This document shows positions 29,405 to 38,929 of a stretch of DNA of 64,000 bases, in pieces. Position numbers and translations under genes: made by a program. A model generated the notes under the pieces. The model worked only from the letters and a program-made list of their open reading frames with translations. It ran no database searches and was not told where the DNA came from. The stretch's first letter is position 1. The number at the start of each line of letters is the position of its first letter. The DNA lies in assembly GCA_017432825.1 (NCBI GenBank), contig JAFRIJ010000003.1:73187-137186 (forward strand), given 5' to 3'. This DNA is from Bacilli bacterium. Lineage in GTDB: Bacteria > Bacillota_I > Bacilli_A > RF39 > UBA660.

Positions 29405-30643
29405 ATGAAAAAGGAAGTAAATTATAAAGTAACTGGTAAAGAATGGGAAGAAGCTAAAGATAAAGCTTTTGATAAGTTAAATGCTAAACATACTATAGAT
29501 GGCTTTAGACAAGGCAAAGCACCTAGAAATATATTTGAAAAGAAATTTCCTGGTGAAATTGTTATGGAAGCTGCTAATAATTTAATTGATAAAAGATATC
29601 GTGAAATTGTTATGGATAAGGATTTAAAGCCTGTAGTTGAACCTAAAGTTAATATTGTTAAATTAGATGATAATGAATTGGAAGTTAATTTTACTATTAT
29701 ATCTGAGCCTGAAGTTAAATTAGGTAAATATAAAGATTTAGGTGTTAAAAAAGAAGCTGTTAAAGTTACTAAGGAAGAAATAAATAAGAAGATTGATACT
29801 TTACTTAAAGGTTATGCTGAATTAGTTGTTAAGGAAACAGGTAAAGTTGAAGCTGGCGATATTGCTGTTATTGATTTTGAAGGATTTAGAGATGGTGTTG
29901 CTTTTGATGGTGGTAAAGGTGATAATTATTCTTTAGAAATTGGTAGTAATACTTTTATTCCAGGCTTTGAAGATGGAGTTAAAGGTATGAAACTTGGAGA
30001 ATCTAAGGATATTAAACTTACATTTCCTAAAGATTATGGTGCGGCTGATTTAGCTGGTAAGGAAGTTATTTTTAAAGTTAAAGTAAATGAGATAAAAAAT
30101 AAGGTTATACCTGAATTAGATAAAGATTTCTTTTTAGATTTAGGTATGAAAGATGTTACTAATAAAGAAGAACTTGAAAATAAGATGAAAGAAGAAATTA
30201 AAACTGATAAAGATAGAGAAGCTGAAAATAAATATATAGATGAATTGCTTTCTAAAGCAACTTCTAATATGGAATGTGAAGTTGATGATGAGATAGTAGT
30301 AGCAGAAGCTAATGCTATGTATAATAATTTCATGGAAAATATGAAGATGCAAGGTATTAATGAAGAATTGTATTTACAATATGCTAATACTACTAAAGAT
30401 GATGTTATTAATCATATGAAGGATGAAGCTTTAAAGAGAATTAAGAATAGTTACTTATTGCAAGCTATTATTAAAGAAGAGAAGATTAAGGTAACTGATA
30501 AAGATGTTAATAAAGAGGTAAATGATATGGCTAAAAAATATAATATGACTGATGAGGAAGTTCTTAAATCTTTAGGTGGTTTTGATGCGATGAAATACGA
30601 TATGGAAGTAAGAAAAGCTATTGATATTATTAAAGGAGAATAA
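29405..30643 (+). CDS. tig: Trigger factor
   Basis: DGFRQGKAP ribosome-binding motif; FKBP domain FIPGFE. Confidence 0.95.
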   Translation: MKKEVNYKVTGKEWEEAKDKAFDKLNAKHTIDGFRQGKAPRNIFEKKFPGEIVMEAANNLIDKRYREIVMDKDLKPVVEPKVNIVKLDDNELEVNFTIISEPEVKLGKYKDLGVKKEAVKVTKEEINKKIDTLLKGYAELVVKETGKVEAGDIAVIDFEGFRDGVAFDGGKGDNYSLEIGSNTFIPGFEDGVKGMKLGESKDIKLTFPKDYGAADLAGKEVIFKVKVNEIKNKVIPELDKDFFLDLGMKDVTNKEELENKMKEEIKTDKDREAENKYIDELLSKATSNMECEVDDEIVVAEANAMYNNFMENMKMQGINEELYLQYANTTKDDVINHMKDEALKRIKNSYLLQAIIKEEKIKVTDKDVNKEVNDMAKKYNMTDEEVLKSLGGFDAMKYDMEVRKAIDIIKGE

Positions 30644-30676
30644 TTCTTCTTTTTCTTTTTATGGGGTGGTGATATT

Positions 30677-31552
30677 ATTAATATTCATATTAAAAAATAT
30701 AATCTTACTAATAAAAAATTAAAAAAAGATAAATGTATATGTTTAATTAGTGATATTCATTATTATAATAAAAAAGATATTAAGAAGTTATATAAAATTA
30801 AGAATAAAATTAATTTATTAAAACCTGACTATATAGTTATTTCTGGTGATTTAATTGATGTTCTTAGTGTTTTAGATAATGATATTGATTTATTTTATTC
30901 TTGGTTAGATAATTTGGGATTAATTAATAATAAAAGAATTCCTGTTATTATTATTTTAGGTAATCATGATATTTATAGAGAAAATATTTATAATGATAAT
31001 GATTTTTTTAATAGATTTAGTAAGTATTGTAGTGATTTAGAAAATCTTAATGTAATATTACTTAGAAATGATATTTATGAAGATAGGTATGTTAGATTTG
31101 TAGGGTTTGAACTTCCTACGTATACATATCATTCTTGTAATTCAATAGATTTAGAAAAAGATTTTTATAATAATTTAGATATTAATTTGTTTATTAGTAA
31201 AAATAATAAGTTAAATGTATGTGTTGTACATAATCCTATTAATATTTGTAATAAAGAAATTAAAAATATATTAAAGAATTTTGATGTTATTTTAGCTGGT
31301 CATATGCATAATGGGTTAGTAATATCTTTTGTTGATAGAATATCAAAAAATAATTGGGGTTTAATAGATCCTGATAAGAAATTTTTTTCTAAAGTTTCTA
31401 GGAATATTATTAAGATTAGAAGAAATAAATATTTAATTATTAGTGGGGGTATTACTAAATTAAGTAATAGATCTGGTATATTTAAATATGGTAATTTTTT
31501 ATTTCCTATGGAAATAGATATTATTAATTTTAATGGAAAAGCAAAAGAATAG
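30677..31552 (+). CDS. Calcineurin-like metallophosphoesterase (apparent ATT start)
   Basis: Frame is open upstream of the listed ORF and carries SDIH and SGDLID, then GNHD and GHMH; GGTGA RBS 4 nt before ATT 30677. Confidence 0.8.
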   Translation: MNIHIKKYNLTNKKLKKDKCICLISDIHYYNKKDIKKLYKIKNKINLLKPDYIVISGDLIDVLSVLDNDIDLFYSWLDNLGLINNKRIPVIIILGNHDIYRENIYNDNDFFNRFSKYCSDLENLNVILLRNDIYEDRYVRFVGFELPTYTYHSCNSIDLEKDFYNNLDINLFISKNNKLNVCVVHNPINICNKEIKNILKNFDVILAGHMHNGLVISFVDRISKNNWGLIDPDKKFFSKVSRNIIKIRRNKYLIISGGITKLSNRSGIFKYGNFLFPMEIDIINFNGKAKE

Positions 31553-31589
31553 TTGCTTTTTTATTTTTTGATGTTATAATATATACTGT

Positions 31590-31682
31590 AAAGATAATAA
31601 ATATTCTGATAGTGAAAAATATTTATATTATGTAGCGTGTACGAGAGCACAACATCAATTAATTATTTATAATCAATTATAA
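31590..31682 (+). pseudogene. C-terminal remnant of an SF1 (UvrD/HelD-like) helicase
   Basis: Start-less frame KDNKYSDSEKYLYYVACTRAQHQLIIYNQL* contains helicase motif VI (YVAxTRA). Confidence 0.7.
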
Positions 31683-31757
31683 TTGAGTAAACAAAGAAGT
31701 AAAAATAATAATTATTACTTCTTTTTTTGTTATAATTTATTTTATAGAGGTATTAAT

Positions 31758-34301
31758 ATGAAGTTATGTGATGTAGATAGAGATAAATTAGCCCCTATGA
31801 TGAGGCATTATGTTGAGTTAAAAGATAATTATAAAGATGTTTTGTTATTTTATCGTTTAGGTGATTTTTATGAAATGTTTTTTGAAGATGCTGAACTAGT
31901 TAGTCATGAGTTAGAACTTACTTTAACTGGTAGAAATGCTGGATTAGATGAGAGAGTACCTATGTGTGGTGTTCCTTTTCATTCTGTAGATTTATATATT
32001 GATAAATTAGTAAAAAAAGGATATAAGGTTGCTATATGTGAGCAATTAGAAGATCCAAAGAATGCTAAGGGTATTGTAAAAAGAGATGTTACTGAAGTTA
32101 TTTCATCTGGTACTATAATTAGTTCAAATAGTTTAGATGAAAGGGAAAATAATTATATTGGTAATATATATGACTTTGAATATTGTTATTGTGTTGTTTA
32201 TACTGATATTACTACTGGTGAATTAAATGCTCTTTTAATTGATCATGATTCTAATAAACTAATTAATGATATTATATCTTTTGGATTAAAGGAAGTTATT
32301 GTTAATTCTTTGGTTAGTGATAATATTCTTAATATTTTAAGAGAACAATATAAGTTAACAATTACGGTAACTGATGATGTTTTAGATGATGATAATTATA
32401 AATTTTGTTATGAGGGTATTAGTGATTTACGGTATATTACTGCTATTAATCATTTGTTATATTATTTGGTAGTTAATCAAAAGAGAACTATTACTCATTT
32501 ACAAAGAGTTAATATTAATGAAGTAAATAATTATTTGAATATGGATGTTCATACTAAGAGAAATTTAGAGTTATTGGAAAGCTTAAGATTAAAAGAGAGA
32601 AATTATTCTTTATTATGGCTTTTAGATAATACTAAGACTGCTATGGGAAGTAGGAAACTAAGGCAGTGGATTGAAGCTCCTTTAAAAGATAAAAATGAAA
32701 TAGAAAGAAGATATTCTATTGTTAGTAAATTAATGGATGAATTTTTACTTTGTGATGATTTGAGAAAAGATTTATATGAAGTATATGATTTAGAGAGGTT
32801 ATCTGGTAGAGTTGCATTGGGTAATGCTAATGCTAGAGATTTATTACAGCTTAAAAATTCTTTGGCTGTTTTGCCGGCTATTAAAAATATATTAAATGAG
32901 ATTAATTTTTATTATGATATAGATACTTTAGATGATTTGTTTGATTTGCTTAGTAAATCTATTAATGAGGATGCTCCTGTTACTTTAAAAGATGGTTATT
33001 TAATTAAAAATGGTTATTCTAGTGAATTAGATGAATTAAAAAATTTAAGAAGTGGTGGAAAAGATTTTATTAGTAAATTTGAATTAGAGGAAAGAGAAAG
33101 AACTGGTATTAAAAATCTTAAGGTAGGTTTCAATAAAGTTTTTGGTTATTATATTGAAGTTAGTAAAGGACAACTTAGTTTGGTTACTGATGATATGGGA
33201 TATATTAGAAAACAAACATTAGCTAATTGTGAGAGGTTTATCACTAATGTTTTGAAAGAAAAAGAAGATTTAATATTAAGTGCTGAAGAAAGAATTATTA
33301 ATTTAGAATATGATTTATTTATTGATGTTAGAGAGAAAGTAAAGAAATATATTCCTAAGTTACAGATGATTGCTAAGGCTATTAGTGAAGTAGATGTTTT
33401 ACAAAGTTTTGCTTTAGTTAGTGAAAAATATAATTATGTTAAACCTAAGCTTACTATTGACCATGATTTAAAATTAATTGATTCTAGACATCCTGTAGTT
33501 GAAAGGGTTATTAAAGATGAATATGTGAGTAATGATATTATTATGGATAATAATACGTCTACTTTATTAATAACTGGTCCTAATATGGCTGGAAAAAGCA
33601 CCTATATGCGTCAATTAGCTATTATAGTAATAATGGCACAGATAGGTTGCTTTGTGCCTGCTAAAGAGGCTAAAATGCCTATTTTTGACCAAATATTTAC
33701 TAGAATTGGTGCTAGTGACGATTTAGTTAGTGGAGAATCAACTTTTATGGTTGAAATGGTAGAAGCATCAAATGCTATTATGAATGCTACTAAAAATAGT
33801 TTAATATTATTTGATGAACTTGGTAGAGGAACTGCTACATTTGATGGTATGAGTTTAGCTCAAGCAATTTTGGAATATACTCATGATATGATAGGATGTA
33901 AAACTTTATTTTCTACTCATTACCATGAACTTACTAGTTTAGAGAAAAGTCTTAAACATTTAAAAAACAAACATGTTTCTGCTACTGAAAAAGATGATGA
34001 GGTAATATTTTTACATAAGGTATTAGATGGATCTGTAGATAAGAGTTATGGTATTAATGTTGCAAAATTAGCAGGTCTTCCTTCTGAGGTTATTACTAGG
34101 GCCTCTGAGATATTAAGTTCCTATGAAGTAGGAGATAATGGTAAAAATCATAAAGAGATTTCTATTCAAACATCACTTCCTTTAGATTTTATTTCTAAGA
34201 AGAGTGAAGTAGAGGAAGTTATTAGAAATACTAATATTTTAGAATTAACTCCTATTAAAGCATTAAATTTATTATATGAATTGAAAGAAAAGCTTAAATA
34301 G
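31758..34301 (+). CDS. mutS: DNA mismatch repair protein MutS
   Basis: LGDFYEMFFEDA, PMCGVP, TGPNMAGKST, STFMVEM, DELGRGT, STHYHEL. Confidence 0.97.
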   Translation: MKLCDVDRDKLAPMMRHYVELKDNYKDVLLFYRLGDFYEMFFEDAELVSHELELTLTGRNAGLDERVPMCGVPFHSVDLYIDKLVKKGYKVAICEQLEDPKNAKGIVKRDVTEVISSGTIISSNSLDERENNYIGNIYDFEYCYCVVYTDITTGELNALLIDHDSNKLINDIISFGLKEVIVNSLVSDNILNILREQYKLTITVTDDVLDDDNYKFCYEGISDLRYITAINHLLYYLVVNQKRTITHLQRVNINEVNNYLNMDVHTKRNLELLESLRLKERNYSLLWLLDNTKTAMGSRKLRQWIEAPLKDKNEIERRYSIVSKLMDEFLLCDDLRKDLYEVYDLERLSGRVALGNANARDLLQLKNSLAVLPAIKNILNEINFYYDIDTLDDLFDLLSKSINEDAPVTLKDGYLIKNGYSSELDELKNLRSGGKDFISKFELEERERTGIKNLKVGFNKVFGYYIEVSKGQLSLVTDDMGYIRKQTLANCERFITNVLKEKEDLILSAEERIINLEYDLFIDVREKVKKYIPKLQMIAKAISEVDVLQSFALVSEKYNYVKPKLTIDHDLKLIDSRHPVVERVIKDEYVSNDIIMDNNTSTLLITGPNMAGKSTYMRQLAIIVIMAQIGCFVPAKEAKMPIFDQIFTRIGASDDLVSGESTFMVEMVEASNAIMNATKNSLILFDELGRGTATFDGMSLAQAILEYTHDMIGCKTLFSTHYHELTSLEKSLKHLKNKHVSATEKDDEVIFLHKVLDGSVDKSYGINVAKLAGLPSEVITRASEILSSYEVGDNGKNHKEISIQTSLPLDFISKKSEVEEVIRNTNILELTPIKALNLLYELKEKLK

Positions 34302-34340
34302 AGTAGAGTAGTAATATACAAAAATAAGAGACAACGTCTC

Positions 34341-34736
34341 TTATTTTTCTTTTTCTGTTCCAATTTCTTTTAATATTCTATTTATTACATATTCTTTTCT
34401 GTTGGGATCTTTAGTATGAAAAGTAATTAATTTTATTCCTGCTTCTTCAGTTATTTTTTTTACTTTTTTATCTCTTTCTTTTCTATCTTTTCTATAATGA
34501 CTTTTATCATTTAATTCAATTAATAACAATAATTTATCATACTTATCTGTAAATATTCCAAAATCTATATTTCTATATAAATCGTTTGCATATTTATGAT
34601 TTTTTTTCTTTATTATAGTTGCAAGATTAATTTGAGGTTGTATTATATAATTGTATTTCTTTTTTAAATCTAATAATTTATAATAGAATATTTTTTCATT
34701 ATATGTCATAAATTTTTCTCTTCTTTTATACATCAA
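34341..34736 (-). CDS. DUF2726-like (restriction-endonuclease-fold) protein
   Basis: PQINL..IDFGIF..LIELNDKSH..RDKKV..GIKLI. Confidence 0.7.
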   Translation of the reverse strand: MMYKRREKFMTYNEKIFYYKLLDLKKKYNYIIQPQINLATIIKKKNHKYANDLYRNIDFGIFTDKYDKLLLLIELNDKSHYRKDRKERDKKVKKITEEAGIKLITFHTKDPNRKEYVINRILKEIGTEKEK

Positions 34737-34942
34737 AACTATTTTCCTACCTTCTAATTAATTATTTCATTTTAATTGAATTTTAATTTTAATTATATTT
34801 TTAAGTTTAATTTAAATATTTTTTTGAATATTTGTTAATTATTAGATAATATTATTTATGTAATTTAATTTTAATGATAGAGTAGTTAAATTATTCTCTT
34901 ATATTATTTATATCTATCTCTATTTTTTTCTGTTTTTTTAGA

Positions 34943-34970
34943 AGTTAACATAATATACATTATAGGAACT
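34943..34970 (-). other. dif site (Xer chromosome dimer resolution)
   Basis: Minus strand AGTTCCTATAA-TGTATA-TTATGTTAACT matches the B. subtilis dif (ACTTCCTAGAATATATATTATGTAAACT) at 24/28; lies at the gene-strand convergence. Confidence 0.9.
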
Positions 34971-35477
34971 TATAAATATTTAATTAAATCCTTATTTTAT
35001 ATGTGTTTTCTTTCTTCTATATTATATATTTATATTATTATATTTGTTTATATTATTATTTAATATAAACATGATAAATAAATTTTAATTTAAATTTATT
35101 TTGATTTAAAATTTATTTTATTATTTATGTATACTGTTATTTATATATATTCTTATTATTATATTACTATATATAATCCAAATTTAATTTGAGATGGGTA
35201 ATTGGTCATATAATAATATCTTGATTTAAAATTCAAACTTCCCCTACTGATTAATTAAAAAAATTTTTAATTCTAGTATTGATTTAAATATATTATTTAT
35301 CTAGTATTTATATTTAATATATTATTTTTTTCTTTTTTTATATCTTAATTAATTAAATAATGTATATATTTTAATGTCTTATATTGACTATTATTACTAT
35401 ATATATCTTTCTCTTTTACTCCCCTACTTCCTATGTTAATAGGGGATTTGCATAAAAAAATAAGATTAATTATAATC

Positions 35478-35978
35478 TTATTTAATTATTTTTTCTTTTA
35501 TTTCATTATATTTATCTTTTATTTTATCTTTTATATTATTAGCTTTGTCTGTATATTCATTCATATTACTATATATTTGGTTGTTCTTCTTGAACATTTT
35601 TTCATATGTATATACATTATCATTTGATCTTATTGTTACTTTATTTACATAGTATTTTTTTCTATTTCCTTTAAAAGCTATATTTTTAATATATCGTATT
35701 ATTTCTTCTTGTATATCTTTTTCTAAATTATCGTATTCATTTGTAGTTAGTTCTACATTATAGGTTATTTTTGTTTGATAATTGGTTTTTGAGTGTATTT
35801 TTATTTTAATGTCTTTTAGATCTTTTATTTCATAATCTTTAAATATTTCTTTTATATTATTTTTTATTTCTTTTTTAGAATTAATTCTTGTTATTATATT
35901 GTAACCTATATATAGGGCTATAATAACTATTAATATGCATATAATAATTACTAATTTATCTATTAATTTTTCTTTCAT
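35478..35978 (-). CDS. Hypothetical membrane-anchored protein
   Basis: N-terminal TM helix, GGAG RBS. Confidence 0.7.
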   Translation of the reverse strand: MKEKLIDKLVIIICILIVIIALYIGYNIITRINSKKEIKNNIKEIFKDYEIKDLKDIKIKIHSKTNYQTKITYNVELTTNEYDNLEKDIQEEIIRYIKNIAFKGNRKKYYVNKVTIRSNDNVYTYEKMFKKNNQIYSNMNEYTDKANNIKDKIKDKYNEIKEKIIK

Positions 35979-36025
35979 ATTTTACTCCATTTATAGTAAT
36001 AGAATAGGTATCCCCTATTCTATTG

Positions 36026-36805
36026 TTAACTTAAATTTCTTGCCTGAATTTCTGCTATTTTATCAAATACTTCGCTGGCATTTTTTTCATTTATTTCATC
36101 ATAACCTAATTCTCTTAATGCTTGTACTTTTGCTGTGTTTAATTCTTGTGTTCTTGATAATTTTTCTTCATTTTTTCTATCTAAATCTGCTTCCCATCTT
36201 CTATGTGATTCTGCTAGTTTACTTCTTGATGCTCCTCCGTTTGCATATAATGTCATGGCAGAATACATTATACTTTCAAATATAAATTGTTGTTCCTCAT
36301 TAAAATCGTACACATTAGGTTTGATATTTCCTGTTGTTTTGGCTACATAACCTAATATATATTTTAATTCTTTCATTGTTGGTATTGCTTGTAGGAAATT
36401 ATAATAATATTTTATAGCGTTGTAACTATCTTTTGTTTTATCTTCATTTAACATTTCTTTTAATATGAATACTATGTCTGATATTAATTCTTGTTCTTCT
36501 TTTTTTAATCCTGTTAATTCTATTATTTCATCTCTTTTTGTTGGATTCTTTTTATAATTAAATATTTTATTTGATACGTTTTGCAAATATTCATCTGTTA
36601 ATTCTATATTTTGTATTTCATTACAATTATTTACTTCTAGTAAATTAAATAATAGATTACTTTTTTCAGCAGGCATTTTATTTAAATCATCACTATCTAG
36701 ATAATTGTATACCATTTGTCTAGATACTCCTAAATATTTTGCTAAATTTACTTTTGATATATTTGTTTTTTTAAGTATTAAATTTATTTTGTCTATTGTG
36801 TTCAT
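36026..36805 (-). CDS. XRE/Cro-type HTH protein with large unknown C-terminal domain
   Basis: ISKVNLAKYLGVSRQMVYNYL helix-turn-helix. Confidence 0.75.
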   Translation of the reverse strand: MNTIDKINLILKKTNISKVNLAKYLGVSRQMVYNYLDSDDLNKMPAEKSNLLFNLLEVNNCNEIQNIELTDEYLQNVSNKIFNYKKNPTKRDEIIELTGLKKEEQELISDIVFILKEMLNEDKTKDSYNAIKYYYNFLQAIPTMKELKYILGYVAKTTGNIKPNVYDFNEEQQFIFESIMYSAMTLYANGGASRSKLAESHRRWEADLDRKNEEKLSRTQELNTAKVQALRELGYDEINEKNASEVFDKIAEIQARNLS

Positions 36806-36878
36806 ATATATCATCTCCTATTTATTATTTTATCATTTAATAATAATATGTCAAGTAATTGTCAAATGATTATATTAT

Positions 36879-37769
36879 TTATTTATTCTTTTCTATGTAA
36901 TTTATTATTTCTTTATATGTATTATTAAAATTATTATAATCTGTATTAAACCATTTGATATTTAATTTATTGTTAAAGAATGTATATTGTCTTTTAGCAT
37001 AGTGTCTTGAATTTTTCTTTATTAATTCTATGGCTTCTTCTTTAGTTATTTCTTTATTAAAATATTTATATAATTCTTTATAACCTATTCCATTTTTAAT
37101 TGGTTTTGTATATATTTTTTTATTATATAATTCTTTTGCTTCATTTATTAGACCATTTTCAATCATTTTATCTACTCTAGCATTAATTATATTATATAAG
37201 TTTTTTCTATCTGTTGTTAGGCCTATAAATAGGGAATTATATAATAATTCATCTGTTATATTATCTGTTATTGATTTATTTGTTTCTAAGTAGTAGTTTA
37301 TAGCGTTTATTATTCTTTGCCTGTTATTTTTATTTATTTTATTTATACTTTTTTTATCTAATTTTATCAATTTATTGTATAGTTCTTCTGTAGTTATATT
37401 GTCATAGTTATTGTTATTTTTATTATATATTAAATTATAATTATATAATGCACTCTTAATATATAGTCCTGTTCCTCCTACTAATATAGGTGTTTTATTT
37501 TTATCTTGTATTTCTTTTATTACTCTTCTACAATCTTTTTGGTAATCATATATTGAGTAATCTTCATCTATTTTTTTTATACTTAGTAAATGATGAGGAA
37601 TATTTTCTTTTTCTTCTTCTGCTATTTTAGCAGTACCTATATTTAAACATTTATATATTTGCATGGAATCTGCATTTATTATTTCTCCATTATATTTTTT
37701 TGCTAGCATAATAGATAGTTTTGTCTTTCCTACTCCTGTAGGGCCTGTTATTACTATTATTTTGTTCAT
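36879..37769 (-). CDS. miaA: tRNA dimethylallyltransferase
   Basis: GPTGVGKT, DSMQIY, IGTAK, VGGTGLY, IGYKE, YAKRQYTF. Confidence 0.96.
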   Translation of the reverse strand: MNKIIVITGPTGVGKTKLSIMLAKKYNGEIINADSMQIYKCLNIGTAKIAEEEKENIPHHLLSIKKIDEDYSIYDYQKDCRRVIKEIQDKNKTPILVGGTGLYIKSALYNYNLIYNKNNNNYDNITTEELYNKLIKLDKKSINKINKNNRQRIINAINYYLETNKSITDNITDELLYNSLFIGLTTDRKNLYNIINARVDKMIENGLINEAKELYNKKIYTKPIKNGIGYKELYKYFNKEITKEEAIELIKKNSRHYAKRQYTFFNNKLNIKWFNTDYNNFNNTYKEIINYIEKNK

Positions 37770-37830
37770 AGTTATCACTTCTTTTTTGTTTTATTATATC
37801 ATTAAATAAGAAAAAACGCTACAAAGCGTT

Positions 37831-38343
37831 TTATTTTAATAAAGTAATTAATATTATATATAGGTTAGCAAGTTTATTAAATGTAGTTCTTCCATATGAA
37901 TGATATAATTCTTTCGTTGCAACTATTTTATCGGTTATACTTACTAATAAACTTTCTTTATATTTAGGTAATTTTTGTGGTAAAGATGGAAACATATGTG
38001 ATACTATTATATTTTCTTCTAATTTATTTAATTCGAAATACTTATTTGCATTTTCTAATGCTTTATATGGGTGTATTATTAATCTTTTTTTTCTTTCTTT
38101 CTTTGTTAATTCATCTGTTATAAAGAAATCATGCAATAATCCTGCCCTTGCTACTGATACATAGTCTAATTTATATTTTTTTGCTTTTAAATATGATTTA
38201 TATGATACATTTATTGAATGATCTAATCTAGTACCCCCATGATGTTTACATTCTTTTATTCTATTAAAATTATCATTTTCTAATATATCTTTTACTATAT
38301 TATAGTATTCTTTATCTTTTATTATGTTATTCAATCTACTCAC
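37831..38343 (-). CDS. HD-domain phosphohydrolase
   Basis: HH..TRLDHS, GLLHDFF, HP, SHMFP, DK; GTG start. Confidence 0.8.
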   Translation of the reverse strand: MSRLNNIIKDKEYYNIVKDILENDNFNRIKECKHHGGTRLDHSINVSYKSYLKAKKYKLDYVSVARAGLLHDFFITDELTKKERKKRLIIHPYKALENANKYFELNKLEENIIVSHMFPSLPQKLPKYKESLLVSITDKIVATKELYHSYGRTTFNKLANLYIILITLLK

Positions 38344-38394
38344 ACTCTCTATTGTTATTATATTACAAAAGAAAAGAAAAATAAATATAATAAT

Positions 38395-38814
38395 CTATTT
38401 TTCTAACATGTTTAATAAATTTATTTTGAACATATCTTTTTCAGCATGTGATTTAGATATTGGTATTCCTTTATATGTTGTTAATTCTTTTTGATGTCCT
38501 TCTGTCAATATATCTTCTGGTGTTATTGTATCTAACATTACTATGTTTTGATTTTCATATACGGTATAATGCAATATTAAATCTTCATACACTTTAGAAA
38601 ACATTATATCTGTTGGTAATTTTAATTCGTATTTTGTTATTCCTTCACTTGTATTTTTTGATTTTATTACACCATTAAATATTCCTTCACGAAAATCTGG
38701 ATAAAATTCAAAAATTAATTTTTTATATGCTAGCATATTATATTTTTTTACTGCTCTTTCTTTTTTTCTAAATTCATTTTCATTTAGATATTCGATTATA
38801 TATGATTTTTTCAT
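38395..38814 (-). CDS. Hypothetical protein
   Basis: GGGGGAG RBS before ATG 38814; own TTGACA/TATAAC-type promoter. Confidence 0.7.
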   Translation of the reverse strand: MKKSYIIEYLNENEFRKKERAVKKYNMLAYKKLIFEFYPDFREGIFNGVIKSKNTSEGITKYELKLPTDIMFSKVYEDLILHYTVYENQNIVMLDTITPEDILTEGHQKELTTYKGIPISKSHAEKDMFKINLLNMLEK

Positions 38815-38929
38815 ATACACTCCCCCTTTTGTACTATTATCCAACCACTGTTATAATTTTAGCACAATTTGGTCTTTTTGTCAATACATACAGTTAATTT
38901 CAACTATATTTGGTTGTTTTTATTGAATT

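Noticed and set aside
34740-35477. AT-rich gap as oriC
   Set aside because: Genes converge rather than diverge, no dnaA/dnaN and no DnaA-box (TTATCCACA) cluster seen, and a dif site is present
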